A stretch of 64,000 bases of DNA, from positions 3,658,001-3,722,000 of the forward strand of contig NC_058383.1 of NCBI RefSeq assembly GCF_018350175.1, given 5' to 3'. A program made the position numbers and the translations under genes. Each line of letters starts with the position of its first letter. Positions within the stretch are counted from its first letter, which is position 1. The notes under the pieces are model-generated. The model was not told the DNA's origin, made no database searches, and was given only the letters and a program-made list of their open reading frames with translations. Source of the DNA: Felis catus. Its lineage: Eukaryota. This document shows positions 1 to 12,423 of this stretch, piece by piece.

Positions 1-1922
1 ACTGTCCGGGGGCTGGGAGATGAGACAATGGGGGAATTGAGAGGGAAGGAAGAAAAGGAAGCCCAGGGCACTGCTGTGCTTTCTGGGTACTAGGGTTCCC
101 TTTTTCCAACTTTAAGCCAGGGCTAGAAGCTTCCCCTGAGCACTCACTCCCTGCCTGTGCCCCACAGCTCACGTCTGGGTTTCCAGCTGCATTAAACCCA
201 GGCTGGAGGGAAAACATGGCAGCCGCTGGCATCGCCACTGGTAATGCTTTAAATCAGGGTCATTGGATACAGGGGAAAACACAGGTTCTTACCCAGAACC
301 GGGACCTGAATGGGATCTTAGAAACCAAAAGGAGAAGAGAAACGCGGATTAATATGAATCCACTCTTTTTGCAGGAAAGACAAGTTTGAAGAGAGAAGTG
401 AGCTCCTGAGGGAAATGTGGAGGCAGAGAGTTTCTCTTAGATAAAAAAGGAGTATCTCCTGGGTGTGTGGAGCACAGGCCACAGGACAGACAGGGACCTC
501 TGCCAAACTGTGCCCAGACCTCAGAGACAGCTGTCCCCAGGGATGTGGATTCAGTCTGAACTCCCGGCTTTACCAGAGATTCCAGGACCCCAGACCTAGC
601 TCCGAGGCAGCAGTAAAGCTTCAGATTCGCAGGGTCCGTGGGAGCTGGCGATGGGGTCCCTGCGTTCACCCATCTATGACCCCAAGCACCCTCTCAGCCG
701 CCTCTGCCCTGCCTGGAACTCCAAAGGCGAGGCTCAGTCTAGAAGCTTCAGAGGGAGAGTGTCGTAAAAATGCCTCTTGTATTCCCACCGGCCAAGCAGA
801 GATAAAATTACGCAGATTTAAAGACACGGAAGACGTAAAACCATTGCTGGCACACCCAAGTTGTGGACCAAGTTTCCCGTCCGTCCCCCCACCCCACCCC
901 CCACCAGCCACACACGCACAGTAATAAATAGTAAACAGAGACCTAACCTTTGTGGAAAGGAGAATTTTTAGCAAATACAGGAGGCTGCCAAAGCCAGGGA
1001 CTCTTACTCAGGCAAATGATTACGGCTTGGATTTTATTTCTAAGCATCTTCTGAGCATTATGTTGTCACCCATAATAAGTGGCCTTCTCGCACACGGGGT
1101 GGAAGATCCTAATTGGCCCTGGTGAAGGAATCTTTCATACGTTTCAGGAGGGAAAGGATGGGCCGCATATGCAGTAACACTAATGGTTCCATTTTTTAAG
1201 ACACTGAGTATTGTTTATGCGCCGTTCTTATTTTATTGCGTGCAGATCACCAATCGTTCATCCCGAGTAGAGGGCTGCGTTGCCGGGGGGGAGGGGCAGC
1301 GTGCATTTCATTTACTGGCAGCTAGGAGCCTCCTTGATTGCTTTTTCTCTCCCTGCTGAGGTCAGTAACCAGCTCCGATATGATTTCTGCTGAATCAGTT
1401 TGCTGTGATTTGTCTTGTCCGCCTGCCCAACGTTAATTATATCTCCCGATGGGCGCTGGGCTAAAATATAGAGCATATCTCAATAGAGGAAAAAAGTATT
1501 TCTCCTTATTTGATGGCCCTTCATTTTGACTTTCAGCTCCCTCTCCGCCTTTCCAAGGTCTGTAATCAATAGTCACGTGGCTCTGGGTCCTTTATCCGGG
1601 AGAAATGGGGAGACCCTGGCGGTACTTTCTTTTCAGACTTCAGAATCCAGAGTTAATGTAGGGATAAAAGGACTTTATTCTCCTTCCCTTTCCAGTGAAA
1701 TGCAGTCTCAACCCCTTATTTTAAAATAGTCCTCCCTTCTAGAAATCTGCTAAATTTCTCTCGTCTACCTTCTGGGAAATTTCTATGGTTCATCTGATGG
1801 AAAGAGAGCTCTGCCCCCAGGTGATCAAAAGTAAAACCAAAGTTCAAGCTAAGAACTAAAAAAAATAAAATAAAACCAAGAAAACCTTTTCTCAAAGAGA
1901 AACGAATTTGTTCTCCAATTTA

Positions 1923-2140
1923 CTTTTTTTTTTTTTTTAATGTTTGTTTTCGAGAGAGAGCGAGAGACAGAGCACGAGCAGGGGAGGGGCAGAGAGAGAG
2001 GGAGACACGGAATCTGCAGCAGGTTCCAGGCTCCGAGCTGTCAGCACAGAGCCCGACGCGGGGCTCAAAACCCACAAACTGCTAGATCGTGACCTGACCT
2101 GAAGTCAGATGCTTAACCAACTAAGCCTCCCAGGTACCCC
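1923..2140 (-). mobile_element. Carnivore SINE (SINEC_Fc type)
   Basis: Reverse complement of the tRNA-derived head, (CT)n region and poly-A; TSD tgttctccaattta (1909-1922) / tgttgtccaattta (2141-2154). Confidence 0.95.
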
Positions 2141-2328
2141 TGTTGTCCAATTTAGAATGTGAATAGATGCCAGCGCCCCCACCTTACTAGAACTGAAGGT
2201 GTTAATTCCACAAACCCACCATGTGGCACTTGGGCTCGTGGCCATGTGCACATGAAGACATTCTAGCCTCTAGCCTGGCACAAACCGTATTCTCTCCTAA
2301 CGCTCATTGATATAAAATGAAGGCCAAC

Positions 2329-2539
2329 GGGCACCTGGGTGGCTCAGTCGGTTGAGCGCCTGACTTTGGCCCAGGTCATGATCTCACAGTTTGTGGGTTC
2401 GAGCCCCATGTCGGGCTCTGTGCTGACAGCTCGGGGCCTGGAGCCCACTTCGGATTCTGTGTCTCCCTCTCTCTCCCCCTCCCTCACTTGTTCCCCCCCC
2501 CAAAAAAATTTGAATAAACGTTAAAAAAAAACTTTTTTA
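2329..2539 (+). mobile_element. Carnivore SINE (SINEC_Fc type)
   Basis: GGGCACCTGGGTGGCTCAGTCGGTTGAGC head, GTTCGAGCCC B-box, A-tail; flanking atgaaggcc repeat. Confidence 0.95.
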
Positions 2540-2695
2540 AATATGAAGGCCGGTAGGTGACTCAAAAATGCTGATATCGGGACCGACCCATGTGGAAAGA
2601 ACACTCAGTTATCATCTCTGCTGACGGAAACAATGGAAACGGATGGGTGGATGACGTCCGCACGTGAACACAAAGCGCCTCGCTCACGCACGAGC

Positions 2696-3197
2696 AGCCA
2701 AGATACGTCCCTTCCGTAAAGTGTTCTATGAAGCCGCTGCTAAAGCTGAATCTCCAGTTCAGAATCATCGCTCCCGGGGGAAATACACTCTTCCCGAGGG
2801 AGCCTCTGGTCACAAGGTTTTCGTGAACAGGTCAATACATAACCTTGCGTACGTGCGTTTCTGCTTAAGGTCAGCCTACCTCACCTGTATATATCGTGGA
2901 ATCATCACCGCTGGACTCGTGGACTCCTGGCTTCAGCTTGGGGACGTTTTAAACAGTGGAGTCACCAGCCAAAAGCACGAAAGTCAAAGGTATGAGCTGA
3001 AACAAGAAGGCAGAGGGTGGCCTGTCTCCATCGTAGCTGGGAACATGCCCACTGGGTGACTCAGATCTGTCACCACCGTGCACAGGTCTGTGAATGACCA
3101 CGAAAGCGCCATGGGTGTTCATCTCAGGGTCACAAATAAATTTAAAGGAGCTGGCAAACTTGTAAATGTGGAATCCCTGGATGAAGGGACGGTCCCC
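2696..3197 (-). mobile_element. MER82 (TcMar-Tigger non-autonomous DNA transposon), internally deleted
   Basis: Matches recalled MER82 blocks: GAGCCTCTGGTCACAA, TCAATACATAACCTTG, GAGCTGAAACAAGAAGGCAGAG, GAATGACCACGAAAGCGCC, ACAAATAAATTT. Confidence 0.8.
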
Positions 3198-3251
3198 ATA
3201 CTCTAAACCTCTGTTCACCTTCCCTATCAACACATCTCCATCCTGTGTCCC

Positions 3252-3641
3252 CGTATCGGTGTGCTGGGGTCCCCACACAAAAAAAAGCACGTACACTGGG
3301 GGGCTTGAACAACACAAATTTATGTTCTTACACTTCCAGAGGCCGGAGGTCCAAGATCAAGGCTCCAAAGGGCTGGTTCCTTCTGAGGCCAATCTCCTTG
3401 GCGTGTAGATGACCATCTTCTCCCCGTGGCTTCACGTGGTTGTCCCTCTGTGCGCGTCTGTGTCCTGATCTCCTCTTCTTAGAAGGACCCCAGTCAGACT
3501 GGATTAGGGCCCGCCCTCAGGACCTCATTTGGCCTTAATTACCCCTTCCTTTTCCAAGGTACCACTTACAGACGCAAGCCCTTCTTAGATACCGGCCGTC
3601 AGGGCTGTAAAATGTGGCTTAATGTGCAGTTCAGCCCATAT
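3252..3641 (-). mobile_element. MaLR solo LTR (MLT1A/MLT1B type)
   Basis: ggaggtccaagatcaagg...ggttccttctgagg...aaggaccccagtcagactggattagggccc...ttcagcccata. Confidence 0.85.
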
Positions 3642-4210
3642 GAGTCCCATCCCTCAAGCGCCTGCTAGGCCCCATGGATTTACTATCTCAACTCAAGACG
3701 TCGGGATCTTAAATATTTCCTTTCTCAGAGTTACTGTGTTGAATTTTAAGTGTAAGCAGAAAGAGCTTTCTTCTAATCAGACCTGGGATCAGGCTACCAG
3801 GTCTGGGCCCATGATAATGACAAAGATACAGAGCATATCAGACAAAGCAGACCTGCCAGCAAGGTGTCTGTCACCCTGTCCCACGAAAGTCATGGGACGG
3901 GAGAGAACGGAGCGGCCTCGCCACAGCGGGGCCAAAACGAGGCTCACGCTGGTAAGAAGCCTGGACCCTGAGTCCTGGGGGGCCTGCTCGGCCTGGCCCT
4001 GGTGACCTTCACGAGCCTGATTTCTTCACAGGAGCCTCACAGCCGCGGGCCAGGGGTAGGCCGCCGGTGGGGACACGGTCAGCCCAGCACAGGGACTCTG
4101 CCTGCCTCTGGCCTCTGACCACTGGAGAATAGAGAACAAAGCTCAGGAAATGAGGTCAGACTTCTGCCCTGCACCCTCGCTCCCAAACTCATCTACCCAC
4201 ACAACACCGA

Positions 4211-4670
4211 TTTTGTGGGTTGAATTGTGCCGCCTAGCCCCCAAAAGATGCTGAAGCCCTGACCCCCGGTACTTGTGATGTGACCTGATTCGGAAATAGG
4301 GTCTTTGCAGGCGATCAGCTAAAGATGAGGTCATCAGGACGGGATCGAATCCAATACAACAGGCATCCTCGTAAAAAAGAGAACTTTGGACCCAGACATC
4401 ACACGACCAAAGGCCACATCAAGACGAAGGCAGAGATGGGGGCGATGCCCCTACAAGCCAAGGAGTGCCACATGCTGCTGGAGCCCCGTCAGAAGCAGAG
4501 CGGGAGAGGCCTGCAGCGGACCCTCCCTCTGAGCCTCGGAAGGAACCCACCACACAGGCGCCTTGACCTCAGACGTGTGGCCTCCAGAATGGTGAGACAA
4601 CCCATTTCTGTTATTCGGGCCACATCATTTGTGGTGTTCTGTTATGGTGGCCCCAGCAAACTATCAGACA
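4211..4670 (+). mobile_element. MaLR solo LTR (MLT1C type)
   Basis: tgtgggttgaattgtg start, ggaaatagggtctttgcag, aggcagagatggg, ggcctccagaatggtgagacaa, gccccagcaaactatcagaca end. Confidence 0.9.
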
Positions 4671-4689
4671 CGGAGAGATTGTTTTTAAA

Positions 4690-5290
4690 TTGGACGCTTT
4701 CTCCACTTTGCTTAAAATTCTCCATCACGCTTAGGATAAAATCCACCCTCCTTACCAAGGCAGACAAGCCCTGCGTAGCCCAGTCTTTGACGACACCTAC
4801 CCTGCTTTATGCCTCCTGCCGAAATGCAGCGCCCTCCAAGCTCACCGGACCCCCTTCTCATCCACAGACCTTCCAGATCGTCTGCTACCTCAGGGCCTTT
4901 ACACTGGCTGTTCTTTGCCCAAGTCTTTTTATCATTTTTTTTTAATGTTTATTTTTGAGAGAGAGAGAGAGAGAGACAGAGCCTGGGCAGGGGAGGGGCA
5001 GAGAGAGAGAGGGAGACACAGAATCCGAAGCAGGCTCCAGGCTCCGAGCTGTCAGCCCAGAGCCCGAAGTGGGGCTCGAACTCACAAACCGTGAGATCGT
5101 GACCTGAGCCAAAATCAAGACTCAGATGCTTAAGTGACTGAGCCACCGAGTCGCCCCTCATTTTGGTCTCAGTGGAAACCCCCTTTGAGAGGCCTCCCTG
5201 ACAACATCGAAGGCAGTGACTCCCCAGTCCCCAGACCTGTTCCAGTCACCATCCCGTTTCATTGCCTGCATAGAACTACATGTGATCTGA
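4690..5290 (+). mobile_element. L2 LINE fragment (interrupted by a SINE)
   Basis: cttaggataaaatccaccctccttacc...ctcagggcctttacactggctgttc, L2 3' region motifs. Confidence 0.55.
4935..5157 (-). mobile_element. Carnivore SINE (SINEC_Fc type)
   Basis: Poly-T, (GA)n, gaatccgaagcaggctccaggctccgagctgtcagc, ends gagtcgcccc; short tcatttt flank repeat. Confidence 0.95.
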
Positions 5291-5660
5291 GATCATCCTG
5301 GGGACAACAGTGCTGAAAGGCAACTTGTCAGAACGTCACCAGTGGTTCAAATTCTGATAAGATTACATGCGGCATGATTTTAACTTTCTGCTTTCCAGAG
5401 CTTCCACAATTAACACATATGATTTTCTATCAGAAAGAGGCAATGGATGCTCAAAAAAAAAAAAAAGTCCACATCAATAAAAAATTAAAAATTTTTTAAG
5501 TTAAAAATAAATAAGTTGAAAAAATTAAAAAAATAACAGAACAATTATAAAAATGGCCTACAGTGTAGGGACATCTCTGCCTTCAGTACCGTGTTCTTGG
5601 CTAACAGCGCATTTCCCTTCTAGATGGTTCCCCAGCAGAAAGAATTTCCTTCCAGATGAT

Positions 5661-6421
5661 TGTGTTTGGTTTTAAAAACTCATCCACAGAATTCTTTGCT
5701 GCTATGTCCCTCCTGCCACAGCAAAGCTGACCTCAGTGTGTTGCTCGTGACCCAGCAGGGTGAATTGAAAAGTGATGCTGTATGACTTCCAAGGTCAGGT
5801 CAGAAAAAGCCCTCTCTCTTTGGATGCTTGCTCTGGAGGCATCTGGAGGAAACCAGACACAATGTTAGAAATACAGCAGCTTTGAGGGGCGCCTGGGTGG
5901 CTCAGTCCGTTAAGCATCCGACTTTGGCTCAGGTCATGATCTCACGGTTCATGTGTCCGAGCTCTGCTTCAGGCTGTGTGCTGACAGCTCGGAGCCTGGA
6001 GCCTGCAGCCTGTTTCGGATTCTTTGTCTCTGTCTCTCTCTGCCCTCCCCCGCTAGCGCTTCATCTCTCTCTCTCAAAAATAAATAAACATTAAAAAATT
6101 TTTTAAATAAAAGAAATATAGCAGCTTTGAGACTACTTTGTTGGAGAGGCCACGCCACAGACGCTCTGCCACCAGCCGCATTAACCGCCAGCCTGAGTGA
6201 GGGAGGCCACCGGACGTGCCATCCCGGATGCCCGTCCCGCCAGGTCCTCATACAGCTGAATGTCAACCACCATCTGGCGGCCGCAGCATGAGTGGCCCAA
6301 CTGAGAACTGCCTGAAACCCTCCTCACCTTCTTGTCCCCGAAATCATGAGAAAAATGAAAAGTATCGTTGCACGCCCCTAAGTTTTAGGGTAATTTGTTT
6401 TGCAAAAAACGGAAACTGTAT
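5661..6421 (+). mobile_element. MaLR solo LTR (MLT1E/F type) interrupted by a SINE
   Basis: aagtgatgctgtatgacttccaaggtcaggtcagaaaaag...gaaatcatgaga...ctaagttttagggtaatttgtt; continuous across the SINE TSD. Confidence 0.75.
5886..6111 (+). mobile_element. Carnivore SINE (SINEC_Fc type)
   Basis: Canonical head; 20-bp TSD agaaata(c/t)agcagctttgag at 5867-5886 and 6112-6131. Confidence 0.95.
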
Positions 6422-6920
6422 TTCTCCATAGAAAAACAGCAATTTGCCAGTCGCTTCAAAGGATCCGGGAAGGGCCGGTGCTGCGTTAACAGCAGGCTGG
6501 CCTACCCAGGGCTGCCTGGGGTGGAGACTCCAAACGCTCCTCTAGGACGAGACCGGCCACCGATTCCCTGCCCAGTGCCCTGGTCCTCAGCCGGCAAAGC
6601 TACCTGCCCCGCCCTCGCACACGCTGCAGACCTCGCATGTGGGCAGGCTCCACTAAGGGCTGAGTGAGGCCTTAGGAAGAAAGGACCGGGGTGACTGTCA
6701 TCCAGCAAGGTGAGACTCAGCCTCGTGACTCGTTCAGCCTGACCTTGCATGACATTTTTGCCAGACTCGCTGGGAGTCTGAGAACCTGCTTATGCGTCTT
6801 TGGCCAAGCAGCCTCCACGGTAGAGTGGAAACCACAGGACTTTAGGCTCAGCTCTGAAGACATTCTAATTTTGCATTTGGCTACAATCAAGAGACAACTT
6901 GAACAACGTGGGTTTTTAAA

Positions 6921-7135
6921 TTTTTTTTTCAACGTTTTTTATTTATTTTGGGGACAGAGAGAGACAGAGCATGAACGGGGGAGGGGCAGAGAGAGAGGGA
7001 GACACAGAATCGGAAACAGGCTCCAGGCTCCGAGCCATCAGCCCAGAGCCCGACGCGGGGCTCGAACTCACAGACCGCGAGATCGTGACCTGGCTGAAGT
7101 CGGACACTTAACCGACTGCACCACCCAGGCACCCC
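6921..7135 (-). mobile_element. Carnivore SINE, young felid subfamily
   Basis: gggacagagagagacagagcatgaacggggg, ccatcagcccagagcc, cctggctgaagtcgg; perfect flank repeat aacaacgtgggtttttaaa (6902-6920, 7137-7155). Confidence 0.97.
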
Positions 7136-7163
7136 AAACAACGTGGGTTTTTAAAAGAGGCTT

Positions 7164-7385
7164 GAGACACCTGCGTGGCTCAGTGGGTTGAGCATCCAGC
7201 TCCAGCTCAGGTCATGATCTCGTGGTTGGTGAGTTCAAGCCCCACGTCAGGCTCTGCACTAACAGTGCAGAGCCTCCTTGGGATTCTCTCTCTCCTTCTC
7301 TCTCTGCCCCTCCCCTTATCACTCATTCTGTCTCTCTCTCTTTCTCTCTCTAAATAAATAAATAAAGACACTTTAAATAAATAAA
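7164..7385 (+). mobile_element. Carnivore SINE, older subfamily
   Basis: Diverged head, acagtgcagagcct...tgggattctctctctc; flanking agaggctt repeat. Confidence 0.9.
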
Positions 7386-7637
7386 AGAGAGGCTTATTTT
7401 TCTCATAGAAATCTGGAGGTAGGCAGCTGCTGGCATTGCTTTACCTGTTTTAATAATACCATAAGGGACCCAGGCCATGTTAAGCCTGAGACTCAGGATT
7501 TTCCTTCTTTCTCTTTCTTTCTTTTTTTCCCCCACTCATGGTCACAAGATGGCTGCAGCAGCACCAGATATCACATCTGCTAACAAGGCAGTGAGAGGAA
7601 GGAAGTGCAAAAAGTCATGTGAGCCACATCTTTTTTT

Positions 7638-7677
<40 letters not shown>

Positions 7678-7914
7678 AAAAAGCTTTTCAGAGCCACAGG
7701 TAACAGTGTTTTCCTATGGCTCCCCCTAGCTGCAGAAGGGACTGAGGAACTGGGAAACAGCTTTGTCATGATTGTCTGCATCATAAGTCATCATCTGGGG
7801 CTAGGTGCATTGCAGCCTTACACTCGGGTTCCTGTTAGCAAGGAAGAAAGGCATGAGGATTTTTACAGACAAGTTAGTGGTATCCACCCAAGCCACCTGA
7901 CCGCTTGCATATTC

Positions 7915-7980
7915 TAGTGACTTTGAGCAAGACACGCGAGGCCTCTGAGCTTCAGTTACTTACCTGTAAAGTGGAACACC
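7915..7980 (+). mobile_element. MIR fragment
   Basis: gtgactttgagcaag...cctctgagcttcagttacttacctgtaaagtgg, MIR core. Confidence 0.65.
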
Positions 7981-9149
7981 ACGTCCCCAGCATCCCGCAG
8001 GGCACCTGGCTTCCCGAGGATGTCCTGAACGGAGACGTTCCGGGAAGAAAGCCATGCTGCTTTTATCTGTCCAAATCCATCGCAAAATGTCTAGAGTTAA
8101 CCTGGTGGTGGTTTTCATTATGATAACAGAAGTGTTCATGGTTCTGGCTCTGAGACCAGCACTCTGCTTCAGAAGGAAAATCTGGATGCTGTGGAGAAAA
8201 TGTGCTGCAAGGCACAGTCACGTGGCGCCGGAATGGGTCGGGGACACAGGACGTAGTCAGTGTGGCCCGCACAGCACATTTCCCTGACCTCTGCTCTCGG
8301 TAACTCTACAAGCTGGTTCCTGCCCTCAACGCAGGATGCCGGGGCCCACGGACATCTCTCTGCATTTACTCAGTGGCGTTTACACATTCTCTTCCTGTAG
8401 TTTCTTACTTTTTTTGTGGGATCATTACCTATGATCCTACCCGAGGCACATCTGGACCAATTTCCGAGCTGGAAAAGCACCTCACATCTTGCCCAGAGCA
8501 ATGTTATCAAGGTTGTTCCGCTTTCCACCCTAACTCAGATGCATTCTCCCCTCCTTGTCTGATCTTGTCGTCGTTAATCAAGCCGATTTTCTGTCGCCAG
8601 CCTAAATTGCTACTTGCCGCAGTCTCTTCGCCCCACAGAGAAATCCCTTTTAACACCGTCTCCAGAGAGGCTAAGTCCTTGACTCCTAACCAGAATAAAG
8701 TGACTCGTTAAACTAGTCCATTGCCTTTCGGAATGAACGTGGCCACATAAGACCATTTTTCTACGTCTCCTCCTGGAAATCATGCATAAAGAACAAGGAG
8801 GACTTAAAAACCCCATAAACTCCATTTTCGGGAAAACCAGAAAATAGATACAGCCCACAGACTTCAAAGTACGTGTACGGACTGACAACCGGGCAGGAGG
8901 GAGCAGAACCGTGCGGGATGGGGAGTGGAGGAATGCGGGAAGGCCGCTGGCAGCCCAGGAGCACACCGGGTAACCTGCAGGATGAGGGGTTCGCCCTGAA
9001 ACCCGGCGGCCGCACCTGCCAGCTCCTCATCTGGTCCAGAGATGCAGGGGAGGCCGGGCTGTAAAAAACGGAGCTGTGTTTATAGCCTAACCCTGGCAGG
9101 GGAGAAGGAAAACCCACCCAGGTTGATGAATTAATTCTGCCATCCCTCA

Positions 9150-9765
9150 AGGACTTAGGCCTGAGCGTGTTCCCAAATTCTCCCTCTCCTTTTCCATGTT
9201 AATGGAGTTTTCAGCCAGGCACAGGGCCACCAACCTGGAGACTACATCTCCCAGCCTCCCTTTCAGCTTCATGTGGCCATGTGACTACTAGAGGCCAATT
9301 AGAGGGTTGTGAGCAGAAGGGTAGCTCCCAGCCTCCCCCCACCCAAGCACACGTGGTCATGTGACTATTAGGGGCCAATGGGAGGTAAGCAGAAGGACTC
9401 TCCCAGCCTCCTTTTCAGCCCCTTGTAGTCATGTGACTATTAGGGGCCAATGAGGTGTGAGAAGAGAAGTGAGCAGCGTCAGGCGTAAGCGCGAGCGGCT
9501 TGTTTCAGACGTCTGCCCTTTTCCGTTCTGTTCGGAGGCTGGAAAGCAGACGCGGGAGCAATGCCGCTTCCACCGTGTTCCGTGTGGACAGGAGTCTAGG
9601 GGGTGAGAGAGCGCAGGAGGGAAGGGACCTGGGTCTCGGGTGACTTCGTGTGGTGTGGCGCCCCACCCACCCCACGGCCAGGACGCAGGACCGCAGGGCT
9701 GTCGCGTGGGACAGGTCGGCCTCTGTTCTGTGTCCTTAACCCATAGGCTCTGTTTTGTGCCCTTA
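9150..9765 (+). mobile_element. ERVL LTR (LTR33-like) with an internal triplication
   Basis: gactacatctcccagcctccc...tgtggccatgtgact...ggccaat...tgtgagcagaag motif, then ggctggaaagcagacg and ggacctgggtc. Confidence 0.6.
9248..9470 (+). repeat. Three diverged tandem copies of a ~75-bp unit
   Basis: ctcccagcctcc...catgtgacta..g.ggccaat...agaag starting at ~9248, ~9325 and ~9400. Confidence 0.85.
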
Positions 9766-10764
9766 TGTAAATTGGCACCTAGAAGCGAGATGTGGCCAAC
9801 ACAGAAAGCTGTAGTGAGTTAGTGGCCTGGGAGGGGCCCCGGGGGCATCTTCGCCCCAACCCTCTGGGTGTAAATCAGCCTCTCTGGGGGCCAGGGAAGC
9901 CCGGCGTCCCAGGACTGCGCCCCGCCTCTTCCCGCAGCATTCGGCGAATCTCTCCGGAATTCTCACCCCCTGCAGTTAACTCTCCAAGTTGGTCCTCATC
10001 CAGGATCCCGTTTCAGGAGCATGTGCCCAAAAAGCTGCACCTGTGCAGAAATACAAAAATGTGTCACCAACAACCCTACGGTGAGCATATGGCACATGTC
10101 ACCCCCTCTCCTCTTTTCCTTCTATTTCAGAGCTCAGCCACGGCCTGTCAGGGGCCTAGGCTTTCTGCGAGGCCTGCGCTCTCTGAACGGGACCGAGTGT
10201 AGCTCACGATGGAAATGCAGCAAGGGCTCCTGACAAGTGTTGTGGCTCCTCTCGCCAGTGAGGCTGTGGACCACTGCAGGTACAGTCTAGAGGTTTCGGG
10301 AATCTTCCACGGAGTCGTGCACGTGCTTTGCCCACGCCGGGCAGCCAAATGTCTGTTCACTGACTTTCTAAAAATCTCAACCTCACTCGACTGAAAGTGG
10401 TTTCTATCTGGAGGTGCGCTCAGTTCTCAGAACAGATGCCGGTGAGCTCACCTAGGTTACCAGCCCACGCTCCCCCAGATGACGTTTAGACAAGAAACTT
10501 CTTTTCATCCCCAAACGAAAACTCACCTAAAAGCGTCAGTGTCTAAGGAGACACGAGAGGGCCTGCCGGTGGTGCTTGGGAAAGGTGGTTCTGAACCTGC
10601 CCGACCCCCTTTCCTCCTTTCTCAGCTGGTCTCAGGGATCGGAACCGTCCTCATTCAAATGAAAACGGCAGAGGTCACAACTTCTCTGCGATCTGCCATG
10701 GGCCGCTACATTCTGTCACACTGGGCAGAAACCCTAGGCTAACTGCTCACACACACGGTGGCCT

Positions 10765-11085
10765 GAATGATGCTTACAAGCATCTTGATGAGAGAAAGAA
10801 GCTGGACACGATAAAAGGATGTACTGTTTTATTCCGTGGACGTGGAATTCTAGAACACACAAATCTGTAGTGACAGAAAGCAAATCAGCAGTTGTTTCCA
10901 GGGATTGACCAGGGAGGGGGCACGAGAGAATGAGCCAGGTGATAGAAAGGTCTAGATCTTGATAAAGGTCTGGCTTTCACAGGTGTGTGTACTTGTCAGC
11001 ACCCATCAAATCGTATCATTTCAGACTAGTGCGTTTTGCCGTATGCACACTTTACCTAAAAAAAAAAAAAAAAAGAAAAAAGAAA
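10765..11085 (+). mobile_element. Old L1 3' end (L1MD/L1ME type) with poly-A
   Basis: gtagtgacagaaagcaaatcagcagttg...ggggcacgagagaa...tttacctaaaaaaaa. Confidence 0.75.
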
Positions 11086-11344
11086 CCCAGTGGGTGAGGT
11101 GGGGCGAGTAAGTGGCCTGTGGTAGGCAAGCGGAGACAGGGTGGGGGCTGTGCTGAGAGCTAGCCTGGTCAGACAGCCCGGAGCTGACCGCCGAGCCCTG
11201 AGCAGGTGACCGGACTGTTTGGCCACTAGATAGGATGCGCTGAAAGTTGACGTGACCCAAATTGCATTTTAGGAAGGTAGGATTATTTTGTTACTGTCTC
11301 AAGTGGGCACACCCCAGCTTCTTGCTGTGACCATTGCTGTCAAC

Positions 11345-11830
11345 TGTGGCCGTCATGCCCCTGGGCCCCTTCTGTGTTTGGGGACTCGGAAATCTGCCCC
11401 TAGACCTCCCGCCAGACAGGCCGGAAGTGCCGGCTTCTCACCCTCACGCCTCCCAACCAGCCAGACGGGGGCTCGTGGCTCTAGCTTGGATTCAGAGCCA
11501 GTAGGCAAAGGAGCAGAGACCTCACGGGACCGGTCCGGTCCGCCAGGAGTGGCCGCGGCAGAGCCCCTGTGTCCAGTGTCCAGAGCCCCAGTGTTAGGGA
11601 CCAGAAAGGCCAGTGGGGTGGACAGATCTGTCAGTGCCCCGGGGTGGGGGCCGCAGCGTCTTCCAGCCGGTGTGAACTGGGGCACGGCTCACAGCAAAGC
11701 GGCCTCCACGCCTGACTCTGAGACCTCCTGGAGGTCTGTGAGCGCCCTGATCCTTTTAATAAATTCCTTTTCGGCTTTAATTAACTAGTTTCCGTTTCTG
11801 TTGCTAGTCACAAAAACTCCTAACCCGAGA
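11345..11830 (+). mobile_element. ERVL solo LTR (LTR50-like)
   Basis: tctgtgagcgccctgatccttttaataaattccttttc...tttctgttgct...aactcctaacc, an ERVL-type 3' end with AATAAA. Confidence 0.55.
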
Positions 11831-12423
11831 TGCTGCTGCGCTCTGAGCATCAGTTCCTTGGGTCTGCAGGTAGCCAGGGCAAAGATGTCACACAGAGCAC
11901 GGGAGTTGGGATCCGAAAGCCAGCCTTCTCATCAGGGCCCTGGAGAAGCGCGGTGAGATTCTTAACCGTTGCCTGTGGGGCTCCCCACCTAAAATGCAAG
12001 AGTTACAGCAAATGACCTGAAGACCTCACCCAGCTCTGAAGACATGATAACATGGTAGCTAACCACGTGATGGGACTTGGTGTCTCCGCTTGGACGACGG
12101 CTCTGGGTGGACAGGTGGTGCCGTTGTCCCCTGCCACAGGGCCCGTGCCCCCGGGGGACGCGCGGGGCCCATGGAGAAGCAGCATTGACCCAGGGCTCCG
12201 GCAGTGGACCCAGCAGAGGCTCTCTGTGGTCCGCTTTCTCCTTGGCCCATAACATGCATCTGCTCCAAGCGTCTGGGCCAGAGGAGGGAGGGAGGTCAGG
12301 ATATTCACCTTGCCCCTTTGAGCTCCGAGTCCAGCTTTCCTAAGCATCAGCTTAATTACCGGAGCTGAGAACTAGGCATTCTCACTCAGGCACCTACAGC
12401 TGTAAAGCAGTAAAGGACTTTAT

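Larger units (their letters stand above)
6860..7880 (-). mobile_element. Old MaLR LTR (MLT1J/K type) interrupted by two SINEs
   Basis: gaaatctggaggtaggcag, ctcatggtcacaagatggctgcagcagcaccagatatcacatc; related to the copy at 53066-53530. Confidence 0.65.

Noticed and set aside
4325..4945. 206-aa ORF (and the 208-aa ORF at 37528-38154)
   Set aside because: They run through MLT1 LTR and L2 sequence and show no recognisable domain
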